A stretch of DNA of 43,823 nt from positions 58,785,880 to 58,829,702 of the forward strand of contig NC_068987.1 of assembly GCF_001194135.2 (NCBI RefSeq). Direction: 5' to 3'. Shown one piece after another: positions 26,011 through 37,538 of this stretch; the stretch's first letter is position 1; every line of letters starts with the position of its first letter. The notes beneath the pieces are model-generated. The model worked only from the letters and a program-made list of their open reading frames with translations, made no database searches and was not told where the DNA came from. Both the position numbers and the translations under genes were made by a program. Source of the stretch: Octopus bimaculoides (Eukaryota).

Positions 26011-27398
26011 TCAAACGACATATACAAATCTTGTAACAACCATACATATCTGGATCAACAAATTGATGAACTAGTTGCTATAGCAATTGAACTGTAATCT
26101 GAGAAAAGTAATACTGAATTTGATTTTGATTGCATTCTAATTTCACATTTGATCAGTTCTTACTTCTGCTTTCCAATCTTAAATCTCTGGGTTAAACCTA
26201 TTCCTCTTCTGTAACTATATCCACAAGTTACTATTTAACTTTAGATCTATTAGTTTTAGCACTGCTTTTGACAGCACTTTTGCTGTTCATTTTTTCTTTC
26301 AAGCTTATATTACTCTCTGCTGCTGTATTGCATTCTTCTACATGACATTCTCTCCTATGACACCTAAACAGTCTTTTAAAATTCATTTTGAATTGAAGAG
26401 AGAAATTCTCCCTCTCTCTTGAATAGTTTTTAAGAATTGTTTCTAATTGTATGGGATTGTCTCTTTACCAAAAACATAACATCATTTAAATTGTGGTTCT
26501 ATTACTTGAGTCATCTGAATAGATAGGTTTTTATTTTATCTGTTAATTCAGAGATGCATTCTGTTCGATTCTTTTGTTTCACAAAAATCTTAGTAAAAAC
26601 CACAAAGACCTACTGAAACTACATTTTATATTTTTCCATTAATTCATCTATTTCATTTGGTTAGCTTGTTTCATCGCTATCATTTATTTGTGTATATTCG
26701 TCCACGTATTATTATTATTAATAATAATGAGTGTATTGACTGCAGTGCTGAGTTGCACTGCAGCTCCTTGGAAAAGAGTAAAAGAAGGGGGCAGAAAGCA
26801 GCAGTAAGTCACATTGTGAGTTCAAATCCTGCTATGGTCGACTTTCCTTTTTATCCTTCTGAGAGTAAAATATACAATCAAATGTTCTCCTCTCTCCAAA
26901 TTCCTGGTCTTATACCAATAATTATTATTCCACTTGAATTTATGTGACTTTGTTTTTGCTCCTCCCTGTGGTTGTGACTTTTGTGTCTAGAGCAAACTGG
27001 CTGAGTTGTTAGAGTATCAGATAAAATGCCTCTCAATATTGTGCTCAGGGTTCAAATATTACTGAGGTCAACTTTGCCTTTGCAGGAAAGTGGGGGTTGA
27101 TAATAAATACCAATCTAAGGTGGCAAATTGGTAGGACTGTAAGAACATTGGACCAGATACTTTGTGGTGTTTGTACCAACTTGTTACCATTCTGAGTTCA
27201 ATACCCACCATAACCTACTTGTATGGTAGGCTTAATCTGTTGCCCTGTTTAACATCACTTTAGTGGAATCCACTCTGTTGCAAGCTCCCAGGCCACGTTT
27301 CCAGTTTGAAGATACCTTCCATCCTTCCTCCCCAACTACTGACTAAAACAGATTTTTAAAAAAAATGAATGGGCCTATCACAGCAAATAAAGCATTAT

Positions 27399-27762
27399 TC
27401 ATCATCATCATCGTTTAACGTCCGCTTTCCATGCTAGCATGGGTTGGACGATTTGACTGAGGACTGGTGGACCAGGAGGCGACACCAGGCTCCAATCTGA
27501 TTTGGCAGAGTTTCTACAGCTGGATGCTCTTCCTAACGCCAACCACTCTGAGAGTGTAGTGGGTGTTTTACGTGCCACCGGCACGAGGGCCAGTCAGGCG
27601 GAACTGGCGACAGCCACGCTCGAAATGGTGTGTTTTACATGCCACCTGCACAGGCGCCAGCCCATCGGCACTAGCAACGATCTCGCTCGAATGTCTTTTC
27701 ACGTGCCAGGGAGGCGACGTTGGTAACGATCAACGGCCACGCTCGAAATGGTGCATTTTACG
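27399..27762 (-). mobile_element. CpG-rich RTE 3' UTR element with internal tandem subrepeats
   Basis: (TCA)n tail, ccatgctagcatgggttggacg, repeated gccacgctcgaaatggtg. Confidence 0.8.
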
Positions 27763-28156
27763 TTGACTGTTAACTTCGTTATGGTGTTTAGTTCTTTGCA
27801 TGCTTTCATTTCATTGACATTGACTTTCATCTCTTTAGAATCACTAAAGTAAGAACTAGTATTATATTTAAGGGTTAATTACATCAATTACCCCATTATC
27901 CAGCATACAGGTCGATGTAGTACATAGTATAAATATGTAGTGTAAACATTCAAACCTCAACACTATCTTTCCAAATCTTGATGCATTTCAAATGGAATTT
28001 TGGGGCCTCATCTTGGTGTTTAAATCAACCTATGCTTTTTGGATGTAAATTTTGGTCTAAAAAATTTGATTATTTTGCCAGAAAATATGGTGTCCACTGA
28101 TAAAAGTTGGCCTTGTGCCTTATCACTATGCTTTACATGTTTGAGATATTCCTTAA

Positions 28157-28352
28157 CCTTTTAGTGTTTAAACCAGCAATATCTGACCCAAATATTCTAC
28201 CCATTTTATGTTCAAACTGGCCAGATCTAGCTTCTAAAACATAAACAATCACATCATTAAAATGTTGAAGTTGTGAGATAATGCATGATTAATTCCAAAC
28301 TATGTGAATAGATAAGCATTAGATTTGAGAGAGTAATCTGAGTGCTAAAAGG
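28157..28352 (-). mobile_element. piggyBac-type MITE
   Basis: TTAA on both sides (28153-28156, 28353-28356); cctttt...aaaagg termini. Confidence 0.8.
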
Positions 28353-29223
28353 TTAAGAGATTTGTGGCAAGAATATGAATGACATACTTCAACATGCACA
28401 GGTATAAGTTAAAAGCATGTTTGTTTTGTATATGCATGTACTTTAAACTTGCCGTCACCCATAAGCAAATATAACTTGCTAACATGTACCATGCTTTCAC
28501 TAACTGTTTTTGATGCCTATTCGGGCATGAGCAGATGTAGATACCCTCTTGACACATCCATCCTTTGACCCAACAGTACATTCAGAATCTGACAGCTGGA
28601 GTTGGTGAGAGCTTCACCAACACTCACCACTTGGGCAATAGATCTGTAGTAGGATTGAGTCGACAGCTTGGGAAATGTGTGCGTGTGTGTGTGATTGTGA
28701 TTATGTTTTTGTTTGTATTACTTTCTAACACACATGGATATATTATTGCTTCTATTTATGTATATGTCTATGTGTGTGCACATTATGTAGGAGTTTCTGT
28801 GTATGTAGACTTTCTCGCATTAACACCTTATCCTTTGATGGGCATAACTACAGAGTTGTACCCAAGTCTGGTGGGTACAACTCTGTAGTTATGCCCTTTG
28901 ATGTTCCCTTTGTGTATAGAGGTTATTGGTAGTCTCCCCGAGTCTGAGAAAGATGTTTCTGCAATTTCTTGATAAACAACATCCACAGATGATTTGATTA
29001 TCATCAAATGTTTTGTGCTCATTCTCGCCATCAAATCGACATTACTTATACAGGCGCACTGTGTGTCAAACATCAGATGTCAGAGTGATGGCAAAGCAAC
29101 ATGAAATGAAGTGTTTTGCTCAAGAATACAACGCACCACCGAGTTCAGTAATCAAAATCACTATCTCAACACCCTAACCACTTGGCCACACACCTTAGTG
29201 TGAATGTGTGTGTGTGTGTGTTA

Positions 29224-29754
29224 GGAAGTTAAAAGTTATGGTAGGTCATAGATTGACCATTGGTTTTGCACCTACAAAACGCTTAGCAGTATAGGTGACT
29301 CGTGAGATTTAAATTACAGAAGGCGCTTAACTTCTCTAGAACTGGAGGTAGAAATACGTAACTGCCTGTTGGTTTTGTAAAAAAAATAAAATAATTGTCC
29401 ATGCTGTGGGACGGAGCCGATCACCCTTAGATCGGCTTCCGCTATAGTGATATTCGAAGGAGCTGTGATGGGACTGTTCAATGAATGGCGAATTCCTTTT
29501 GTTGAACAGTCCCATGTCGATGTAAGGGGGATAACCCCGTCATGCAGCATGGACAATTTTTTTTTGTTTACAACACCAACTGACCATTATGTATTTCTTC
29601 CTCCAGTTCTAGAGAGATCATGTGCCTTCAGCCATTTAAGTCTGACGAAGCGCTTATAGATGCAAAACAAATGGTCTCTCTGTGACCCACTTATACCGCT
29701 TTATAGGTGCGAAACCAATGATCACTCGATGACTGGCCATAACTTTTAACTTCC
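29224..29754. mobile_element. Non-autonomous TIR DNA transposon, TA-flanked
   Basis: Perfect IR ttaggaagttaaaagttatgg/ccataacttttaacttcctaa, extending imperfectly to about 60 bp. Confidence 0.8.
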
Positions 29755-29805
29755 TAAAAAATACATTATTGCTCTAATGTCTTGGAGTGTGCTTTTTTTT
29801 CCACC

Positions 29806-30470
29806 CTGTGTGGCTTTGTGGTAAGAAGCTTGCTTCCCAACCACATGGTTCCAGGTTCAGTCCCACTGCGTGGCACCTTGGGCAAGTGTCTTCTACGATA
29901 GCCCAAAGCCGACCAAAACCTTGAATGAATTTGGTAGACGAAAACTCAAAGAAGCCCATCGTGTGTGTATGTATACATATATAGAAGGTTGGAAAGGAAC
30001 ACACGAGTTGATATATATATGGAAAAAAAGTCAAGGTAGAAAATGCTAAAATAATTTTATAAAAAAACATTTCAGTACCAGTTTCGGTCATTGAGACTTT
30101 TTCAACTGTAAGTATGGAAAACAATTAAATTTTGGAAAAATTAAATGAAAAATATTTTAAAAGAATATTTGTATTTGAACACTATGCAAATATTCTTTTA
30201 AAATACTTTTCATTTAATTTTTCCAAAATTTGTTTTCCATACTTACATTTGAAAGGGTCTCAATGACCGAAACCGGTACTGAAATGTTTTTTACAAAATT
30301 ATTTTAGCTTTTTCTACCGTGACTTTTCTTTCCATATATATAAGTGTGTGTGTGTGTATATATATATATATTTGTGAGTGTTTGTTCCCCCACCACTTCT
30401 TGACAGCCGATGTTGGTGTGTTTATGTCCCTGTAACTTAGCGGTCTGGCAAAAGAGGCCGATAGAATAAG
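29806..30470 (+). mobile_element. Family B2 SINE split at its central microsatellite by a palindromic insert
   Basis: Head and core at 29806-29975, 3' part at 30345-30470. Confidence 0.7.
30012..30342. repeat. Long imperfect palindrome (about 160-bp arms, about 10-nt loop)
   Basis: cagtaccagtttcggtcattgagac versus gtctcaatgaccgaaaccggtactg; arms end in (TA)n. Confidence 0.9.
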
Positions 30471-30609
30471 TTTGACTTATTGTTTTTTAAACTAATATAT
30501 TTTTTTTTCTGTTCCTCTAATATTTGCATGTATGCATCAAATTTTTCCCATATTAAATTCATCTTTCCTTATTTATACTGTGATTATTATTATCATTCAT
30601 CAGACAGCA

Positions 30610-31108
30610 AACTGTTAGAAACAGCAGCACAGTGGCAAAATGCTTAGTAGTATACTTCCAGTTCTTTGTTCTGAGTTCAAATTTTGCCACGGCCAACTTT
30701 AGTATTGGGTGGGGTCAATATAATCGACTAATCCCTGCCACAAAATTTCAGGCCTTGTACTTGTAGTAGACAAAATGCCTAGCAGTATTTTCTCCATCTC
30801 TACATTCTGAGTTCAAATTCCACCAAGGTCAACTTTGCTTTTTATCCTTTCAGGATTGATGAAATAAATACCAGTTGCATACCCTGCTGTACTCTTTCAC
30901 CACAACTTTCTCTCACACTTTCTTACTGTTTCTGTTGTGCCTGTATTTCAAAGGGCCGGCCTTGTCACGCTCTGAATCTCCCCAAGAACTACATTAAGGG
31001 CGCACGTGTCTGTGGAGTGCTCAGCCACTTGCATGTTAATTTCATGAGCAGGCTGTTCCGTTGATCAGATCAACTGGAACCCTCATCGTCGTAACCAACG
31101 GAGTACCA
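30610..31108 (+). mobile_element. Family C copies followed by a 5'-truncated family A SINE (30881-31108)
   Basis: Motif matches to other copies. Confidence 0.7.
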
Positions 31109-31141
31109 CTGTTCACGCACTTTTGGCTATCGATGCTATCT

Positions 31142-31352
31142 CTCTTTAGCATTGCAAATGACTCTTCCAAATGCGGTGCTTGTGTATTCACATTGTTTTG
31201 AATTAATCATGCATTATTTCATAGTTTGGAGATGTTGATGGTGTGTTTTTTAGAATTAAATTGTAGGGTAAGTGTGAGAAGTTAGACCTGACCAGTTTGA
31301 AATTATAGATAGAATATTTGGGCTGGATATTATCAGTTTGAATGCTAAAGAG
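31142..31352 (+). mobile_element. piggyBac-type MITE
   Basis: ctttagcatt...aatgctaaagag|TTAA. Confidence 0.7.
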
Positions 31353-31444
31353 TTAATTGCTTTCATTTCTATTTTTACTGCTTTCTGTCTTCTTCCAATC
31401 TGTTGTAGTGCACCTTTGGACTGTATACAATAAGTTAATTGTTG

Positions 31445-31725
31445 TCATTGTATAACTGACTTAGTAGACACCCACAAGATTATCCACCATCTTTCCAACG
31501 ACAACCTGAGGCATGGGCATCTTTTTGAATTCCATATGTCAAACACTCATGGACATGCTTACAAAATCAAAAAGTAACACAGCACCTATAACTTTCGGAA
31601 ACATTTTTTCATGCTCAGAATTGTTGAAGCATGGAATAAACTATCTGAATCAGTTGTTAGCTGTCGAGATACTACATCCTTCAAAACTTTCATGTGTCCT
31701 GAAATCCGCTAACATTACACCTGGT
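31445..31725 (+). mobile_element. CR1-type LINE 3' end remnant
   Basis: NTHGHAYKIKK*HSTYNFRKHFFMLRIVEAWNKLSESVVS...SFK resembles the CR1 RT C-terminal TRGH...FF..RVV..WN.LP motif. Confidence 0.75.
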
Positions 31726-31801
31726 GGCTTTTCTTTTTTTTTTTCTCCTTAGTTTTAGAGCACCAGAGCACTGTACACAACAATTTCTTTCATTATATAT
31801 A

Positions 31802-33018
31802 CACCCAAAAGCACGCTAATAGCTTAGGAGTGAAATTTAGGATTTCTCATTTTTCTGTGAATCAATTTTGATAAAACTTTCCCCAACTGGTCTACACAGT
31901 GTGAACCGTTGTTATGTTGTCATTATTCTGTGTAATGTCCTTTTTTTATTTCAGATTCTTCAGTTTTGGGGTGAACCACACTAATAGCTTTTGAATGAAA
32001 ATAGCCCATCTAGACAATTTTCTTTTTTCAGAAAATGAAGGGTAATAATACGTATTAAGCATACATTGAGTATATATTTAACAGCAAACCATAATATTAG
32101 AACATTTATTGACATAATGAATTGTTTAGCCACATAAGCACCATTTTGACGGATAACTTCAAAAATCCTGTAAGTCATAGAATCTGTCAATTTCTTAATG
32201 GTAGCAGGTTGGACTGCCTCTGCTGCAGCTTTGAGAGGTTGCCCATAAGACATTTTTCGACATAAACATCTTGTTTAATGATGGACCAAAGATTTTCGAT
32301 AGGGTGAGATCTGGAGGTGCTGGTTGCCACTCCATCAACCTTTCACCTTGTATGCCATAAGACCCTAGTAATGTTTGGGTGGTCCTAGCAGAGTGGGAGG
32401 GAGCATTGTTATGCTTGAATATGAGATTCCTTACAAGTAACAGCAGCATGTTATCTAGCCAGGGATCCAAGACCAGTAGGTGGTTGCAGTCATTTTAACC
32501 CCTTCAAGCACCCTGACTGGACCAACAAGTCCACAACACGATCCCTCTACCCTGTTGTTGATGGTGAAAATGGCTTTGCTTTTTTGTTCAGGTTTCCCAT
32601 GTAACCTGCGACCAGTATTCCTGAAATCCCTAGCTGTCACAGTCTTGGGGGTCCCATTAGATCATTTCTTCCTTGGGGAAGGGTCCTTCAGGAATTGTTT
32701 GAACGTGTCCACAGGAGCTGACTTCTCCAAGGTGGCATGAAGAGAGGTGCCTTTAGCACTTTTCTTGATGATGACAGACTTTTTTTTCATCATTAAATCC
32801 TTTTCCATGTCCCATTGTTCTTAGAGAGGAAAGACGCTATTAGCGTGGTTCACCCAAAAACTAAAGAATAAAAATGGATCTTACACGGAATAATGAAAAC
32901 ATAACTATGGTGTTCCCATAGTGTGCAAACCAGCTGGATAAAGTTTTACCAAAATTGATACTCAGAAAACCGAGAAATCCTAAATTTCACTCCTAAGCTA
33001 TCAGCGTGGTTCTGGGTG
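31802..33018 (-). mobile_element. Tc1-family transposon, internally deleted and frameshifted
   Basis: TA|cacccaaaagcacgctaatagcttaggagtg...cactcctaagctatcagcgtggttctgggtg|TA with about 100-bp TIRs; transposase remnants NNAPSHSAR, W(Q)PAPPDL, IKKLTDSM. Confidence 0.9.
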
Positions 33019-33249
33019 TATATATATAACTCACTTTGACTGTCATCTCTTTGGTCATGAGTGTAAAGTTCCTAAATTCTATTTCTTGCTTATTCAGTCA
33101 ATTCTAACTTGCAGTCATCAAAATTGGCCTCATTTCTCATGCAAGGAATGATTATAATGCTTTTTCATTTTTATTATTTTACTTTTAATATTATGTAGAA
33201 TTTTTCATTTAAATATTTCTTGACTTAATGAGATCAGTAAGCAATAAGT

Positions 33250-33580
33250 CTGTTTCTTATTCTATAGTTCTCTTTTGCTGAACTGCTATTGTAGGGAGAC
33301 ATGAACAAACCAGCACCAGTTGTCAAGTGGTGGTGGACAAACATGCAATTTTTTTCTTTTCTTTCAATCTGAAGCTGAGTGTTTTGTCTGCAACTTCAGT
33401 TTCATGCCTCTCATGTAGATATTTACAGTGGGCTTACAGTTTCCATCTACCAAATTCATTCATAAGACATAGATCAGCCCAGGGCTATAGTAGAAGACAC
33501 GTGCCCAAAATGCTGTGGAGTGGGACAGAACCTAAGACTACGTGGTTGAAAAATGAGCTTCTTAACCACACAACCATGTC
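33250..33580 (-). mobile_element. Family B2 SINE, reverse orientation
   Basis: Motif match. Confidence 0.7.
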
Positions 33581-33794
33581 TGTGTCTGATTATTTTCCTT
33601 TGAAATAATGGTTTCTGATTTTGGCACAAGACAAGCAATTTTGGGGATTAATTTTACTGATACTTTATTTTAATGACCTCGGAAAGGCAATCCTCAGCAG
33701 GATTTGAACTCAGATCATAAAGAGCCAGAACAAATACTGTAAGACTTTTTTTTTCACACTCTAATGGTTCTGCCTGTTCATTAACAACTTTTAT

Positions 33795-33982
33795 CCCTTT
33801 AGCATTCAGATTACTCTGAAAAACTATAATACTTATTTATTCACATTGTTTTGAAACAAATATGCATTATCTTGAAGCTTTGAGATTTTGACGATGCAGT
33901 TGTTTATTTTTGGACTGGTCAGTTTGAACATAAAACAGGTAGACTGTTTAGGCCTGATATGGTCAGTTTAAATGCCACAGGG
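33795..33982 (+). mobile_element. piggyBac-type MITE flanked by TTAT
   Basis: TTAT|ccctttagcatt...aatgccacaggg|TTAT. Confidence 0.75.
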
Positions 33983-34244
33983 TTATTTTCCTTGAAAATA
34001 ATGAAAAATACATTAACTTTTGTCAAAAAATTCAGCTGATACAATGATAGCACTTATTTATTTAAGCAAGCTCTGTGGCTCCTTTTGATAGTCAGTAGCA
34101 AACTATTAAATTAGACAGCTAGCCAAATATGTTCTTTTAATAAGTTTTCAGCCTGTTATAATTTTGCATTCCATAGATCACTATTTCTTACACTATAAGT
34201 TATTGCAAATGCTAACAATATTCTCATTCAGTAAATATTCATTG

Positions 34245-34725
34245 GCACAGACATGACTGGATAATGAAGTGCTTGCTTACTTCCCCACCACATAGTTCTG
34301 GGTTCAGTCCTTTTACGTGGCATCTTGAGCAAGTGTCTTCTACTATAGCCCTGGGCCAACAAAATCTTGTCAGTTGATTTGGTAGATGGAAAGTAAGAGA
34401 AGCCTGTCATATACTAAGAACATTTTGATTCAGCTCCATGCAGCTGAGTTTCATAGGCTTGTCATAGAAATTTAGCTCGGTTTGTAATACAAAATGTTAA
34501 GTTGCATGGAGCCAAATCAAACTGTTATTAATAGATCTTATATGTAACTCCTATCAAATGTGTTGAGTGATTGTTTTTTTTCGTTTGTTCGCTCGTGTAT
34601 GTTCTATTTGTCCCCCACCCACTTGACAATGGGTGTTGGTTTGTTTACATCCCCTTAACTTAGCAGTTTGACAAAAGAGAACAATGGATTAATTGTCTTT
34701 CAAGGCAGTAGTCCAATGACTGAAA
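34245..34725 (+). mobile_element. Family B2 SINE interrupted by a small IR element (34415-34530)
   Basis: Head and core at 34245-34410, 3' part at 34585-34725; IR taagaacattttgattcagctccatgcagct/agttgcatggagccaaatcaaactgttatta. Confidence 0.65.
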
Positions 34726-34878
34726 GAAGTGAAAGATAAATGATAAAAACTATCTCTTATACTATAAGCTATTGTGAATGCTAACAATAATTTTGTTCAG
34801 TAAATATTCAAACGCATTTTTTTTATGTTATTCGGTTTTATAATGTTTCTCTTTTTTTCTTCTTTTTCCTTCCAACAG

Positions 34879-34920
34879 ACTGACCAGCCACGACACTTAC
34901 TGAAGAGCTACACACACTAA
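34879..34920 (+). CDS. GFPT: Alternative GFAT terminal coding exon: TDQPRHLLKSYTH*
   Basis: Long polypyrimidine tract ending ccttccaacag|. The phase-0 frame shares D-x-P-R-x-L-x-K-S-x-T with the canonical tail. Confidence 0.85.
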   Translation, partial: TDQPRHLLKSYTH

Positions 34921-36800
34921 AGGCTTTAACAGAAATGAGCTTTTTTCTTTTTTTATCTTGTTAAAGGAACTCCTCTAACCTAACATCTAGTAATTCTTGA
35001 TCGGCTTACTGCCCCATATATATATATATGTATTCCAGATATGGACAAATTATTTTTTTGCTATGAGTTTACATCTAACCAGTTCTCAAATTCGGTAATT
35101 CATTAAACCTTGGAATTTATATTGGTTTTTTTTTTTTTTCTGTCTTTTAGAAAAAAAGGGAAGGATAGGAATTTATTATCATCAGTGTAGCTTTTGGATG
35201 CAGAGCTTGATTTCTTTGGCTATTATGTGGCTCACTGTTCTCTTGTGCAGATGTTTTCATCCAATAGTAAAGTGAAAAATTCTTTAACACTTTACTTGAT
35301 TTCAGATGTCAAATGAATAACCTTGTTTTTCTGTTTCCAAACTTATGGACGTTAAACACTAATGAGAAGCTCTTATAACGTTAGTCTTTATTTTTTTACC
35401 AGGTGAGAGTGTACATGGTTGCTTGATAGCTTAGAAATAGCAGCCAAACCTCCGTTGTGTCACCAATGCAATGACGTGAAACACATTTTGACAGATAAAC
35501 ATGAGACATGTAACCTTGTGTATGGTCGCTTGACTTGCTAGAAATAGCAGTTAAATCTCCTTCAAATCCCACTACTGTCTTACAGAAAGGACACATTAAA
35601 TAATGTAGTCCTACATGCTCTGTTTCAATAAAACATAGGTCACAACTAGAATGCCTTTTACCCACTGGCTTCCTTGATAAAGGTTGACTTGGGATGACTA
35701 AACAACTGTCAAAGTCAAAATATATGGAAATGGTACATACTGTTGCTCATGGTATCCTATCAAGGGTTTTGTGTTTTTTTTATTCATTTCTTTATTACTT
35801 ACCCACAAGCATAAAAATTGACTAAAATAAAAGGAAAAAAAAAACTTTTTTCCCCTCCCCTCAAAGTTTGATTTGGTTTCTACTCATATGTGAGTATGGT
35901 TTCCATATTCACATACATCTTATAAAATATGGTTCTGTAACTACAAATTTTTTTCTTCATAGCTAATGGTGACCTCTTACTTCTTTTCAAATGTGCGTTA
36001 ACTTTAAACCTATACACATCAATGTTTTCAGTACCTTTTAAATGTTTTTGTATCAAGAAATATAAATATATATAATGTGATTTAATTTAGGGGACCAAAG
36101 TGAATACATTAAATTACTAAGACTTACCTTAGTTATATACTGAATATATATACATATATATACCTTAAACTACTGTATACTATTTAATTTATTATTTTGG
36201 ATGCAAAGTGGAGTTTGAATTGGTTATATACAATACATACAATCACATGTCTACATTGTCAACTGTTAAATATTTTTGTGTGTGGATAATTAATTTCTTT
36301 TGACTTATACTAAACTGTTGATAACTGCTTTCTGTTAAAACTGTTTTATGGTTTATGTGTGTTTCTTTGTAACAGTTGGTTTTATTTAATTGTCTATATT
36401 TGTTTTTTGTTGAAATTTTTATTTTTATCTTGAATGTTGCTCGTCAACCTTCACAAACTTCAATCAAGTAAATTATTTACTCACACATATTTCCACATGG
36501 GTCATATAACATATCTGCTAAAATTCGGCTTCAATTTTGGTTTTGTTTGTTTTTTTATTTTTTGTATCCCTCTGTCCATTTTATCAATCTATCATAGTTT
36601 CATTTCATGCAATTTGACTAAATTTGGAACCATACTTTTGTAAATAATTTCCTATTTGAATTTGTGATGGTATAAAAGCATACATTTACTTTTGAGGATT
36701 TTTCTTTTATTTACAAAAAGAAAAGACAATTTCTATATGATTCCATCCTGAAGTAACGCAATGATCTATATATAATGAATAAAATTTATTGATAGAAAAT
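34921..36800 (+). other. Probable long distal 3' UTR
   Basis: AT/U-rich and repeat-poor; AATAAA at 35627-35632 and 36778-36783. Confidence 0.55.
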
Positions 36801-36879
36801 ATTTTTGTTGTCTTTCACACGGTTTTAAGTACTCATCATGAAATGTTTAATCTCATCTTATGTTTGTCATACTGGAGCA

Positions 36880-37200
36880 GCATCTTGAAGGGTAAGTCAA
36901 ACAAATCAATGCCAATACATATTTTATTCTGAGCTTGGTATTTATTCTATCAATCTGTTTTGCTGAACCACTAAATTATAGGGATGTAAACAAACCAACA
37001 TCTGTTGTCAAGCAGTGGTGGGGGAAAGGGGCAAAACAAAGACACAGACACACATGACAGGCTTCTTCCACTCACTAGGGACAGGCATAGTAGGAAATTT
37101 GCTTCCCAACCATATGGTTCCAGGGTCAGTCTCACTGTGTGACACCTTGGGCAAAACGTCTTGTGAGTGGATTTGGCAGACAGAAACTATATATATTTAT
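36880..37200. mobile_element. Adjacent family B fragments in opposite orientations
   Basis: Reverse B2 part to about 37075, then forward head and core. Confidence 0.6.
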
Positions 37201-37538
37201 TATTATTATTCAAAACAGTTTGATTCAGATTCCATGCTACTTCAAGTTTTGAAGGCCCTAATGGGGCCCTTCTCATCAGGCTGGCAATAATTTGAATGAC
37301 TGGAGAGGTTCAAGATAGTTACTGGTAGATGGGCTGTAATTGGTCAAGGAAGGTCACATGATGTCATGGTTGATGATATTGCTAAATAAGTGACAGCAGT
37401 TACATGGGTGAAGAGTTTCTTTGGCCACTTGGTTAGATAGGAAATTAGAAAAAATAACTTTGTCATTTATTAAATTGGGGCTTGGAACAGAAATTAACAT
37501 GAAATTTTGGTGTAAGGTTTTAATTTAGATCACATTGA

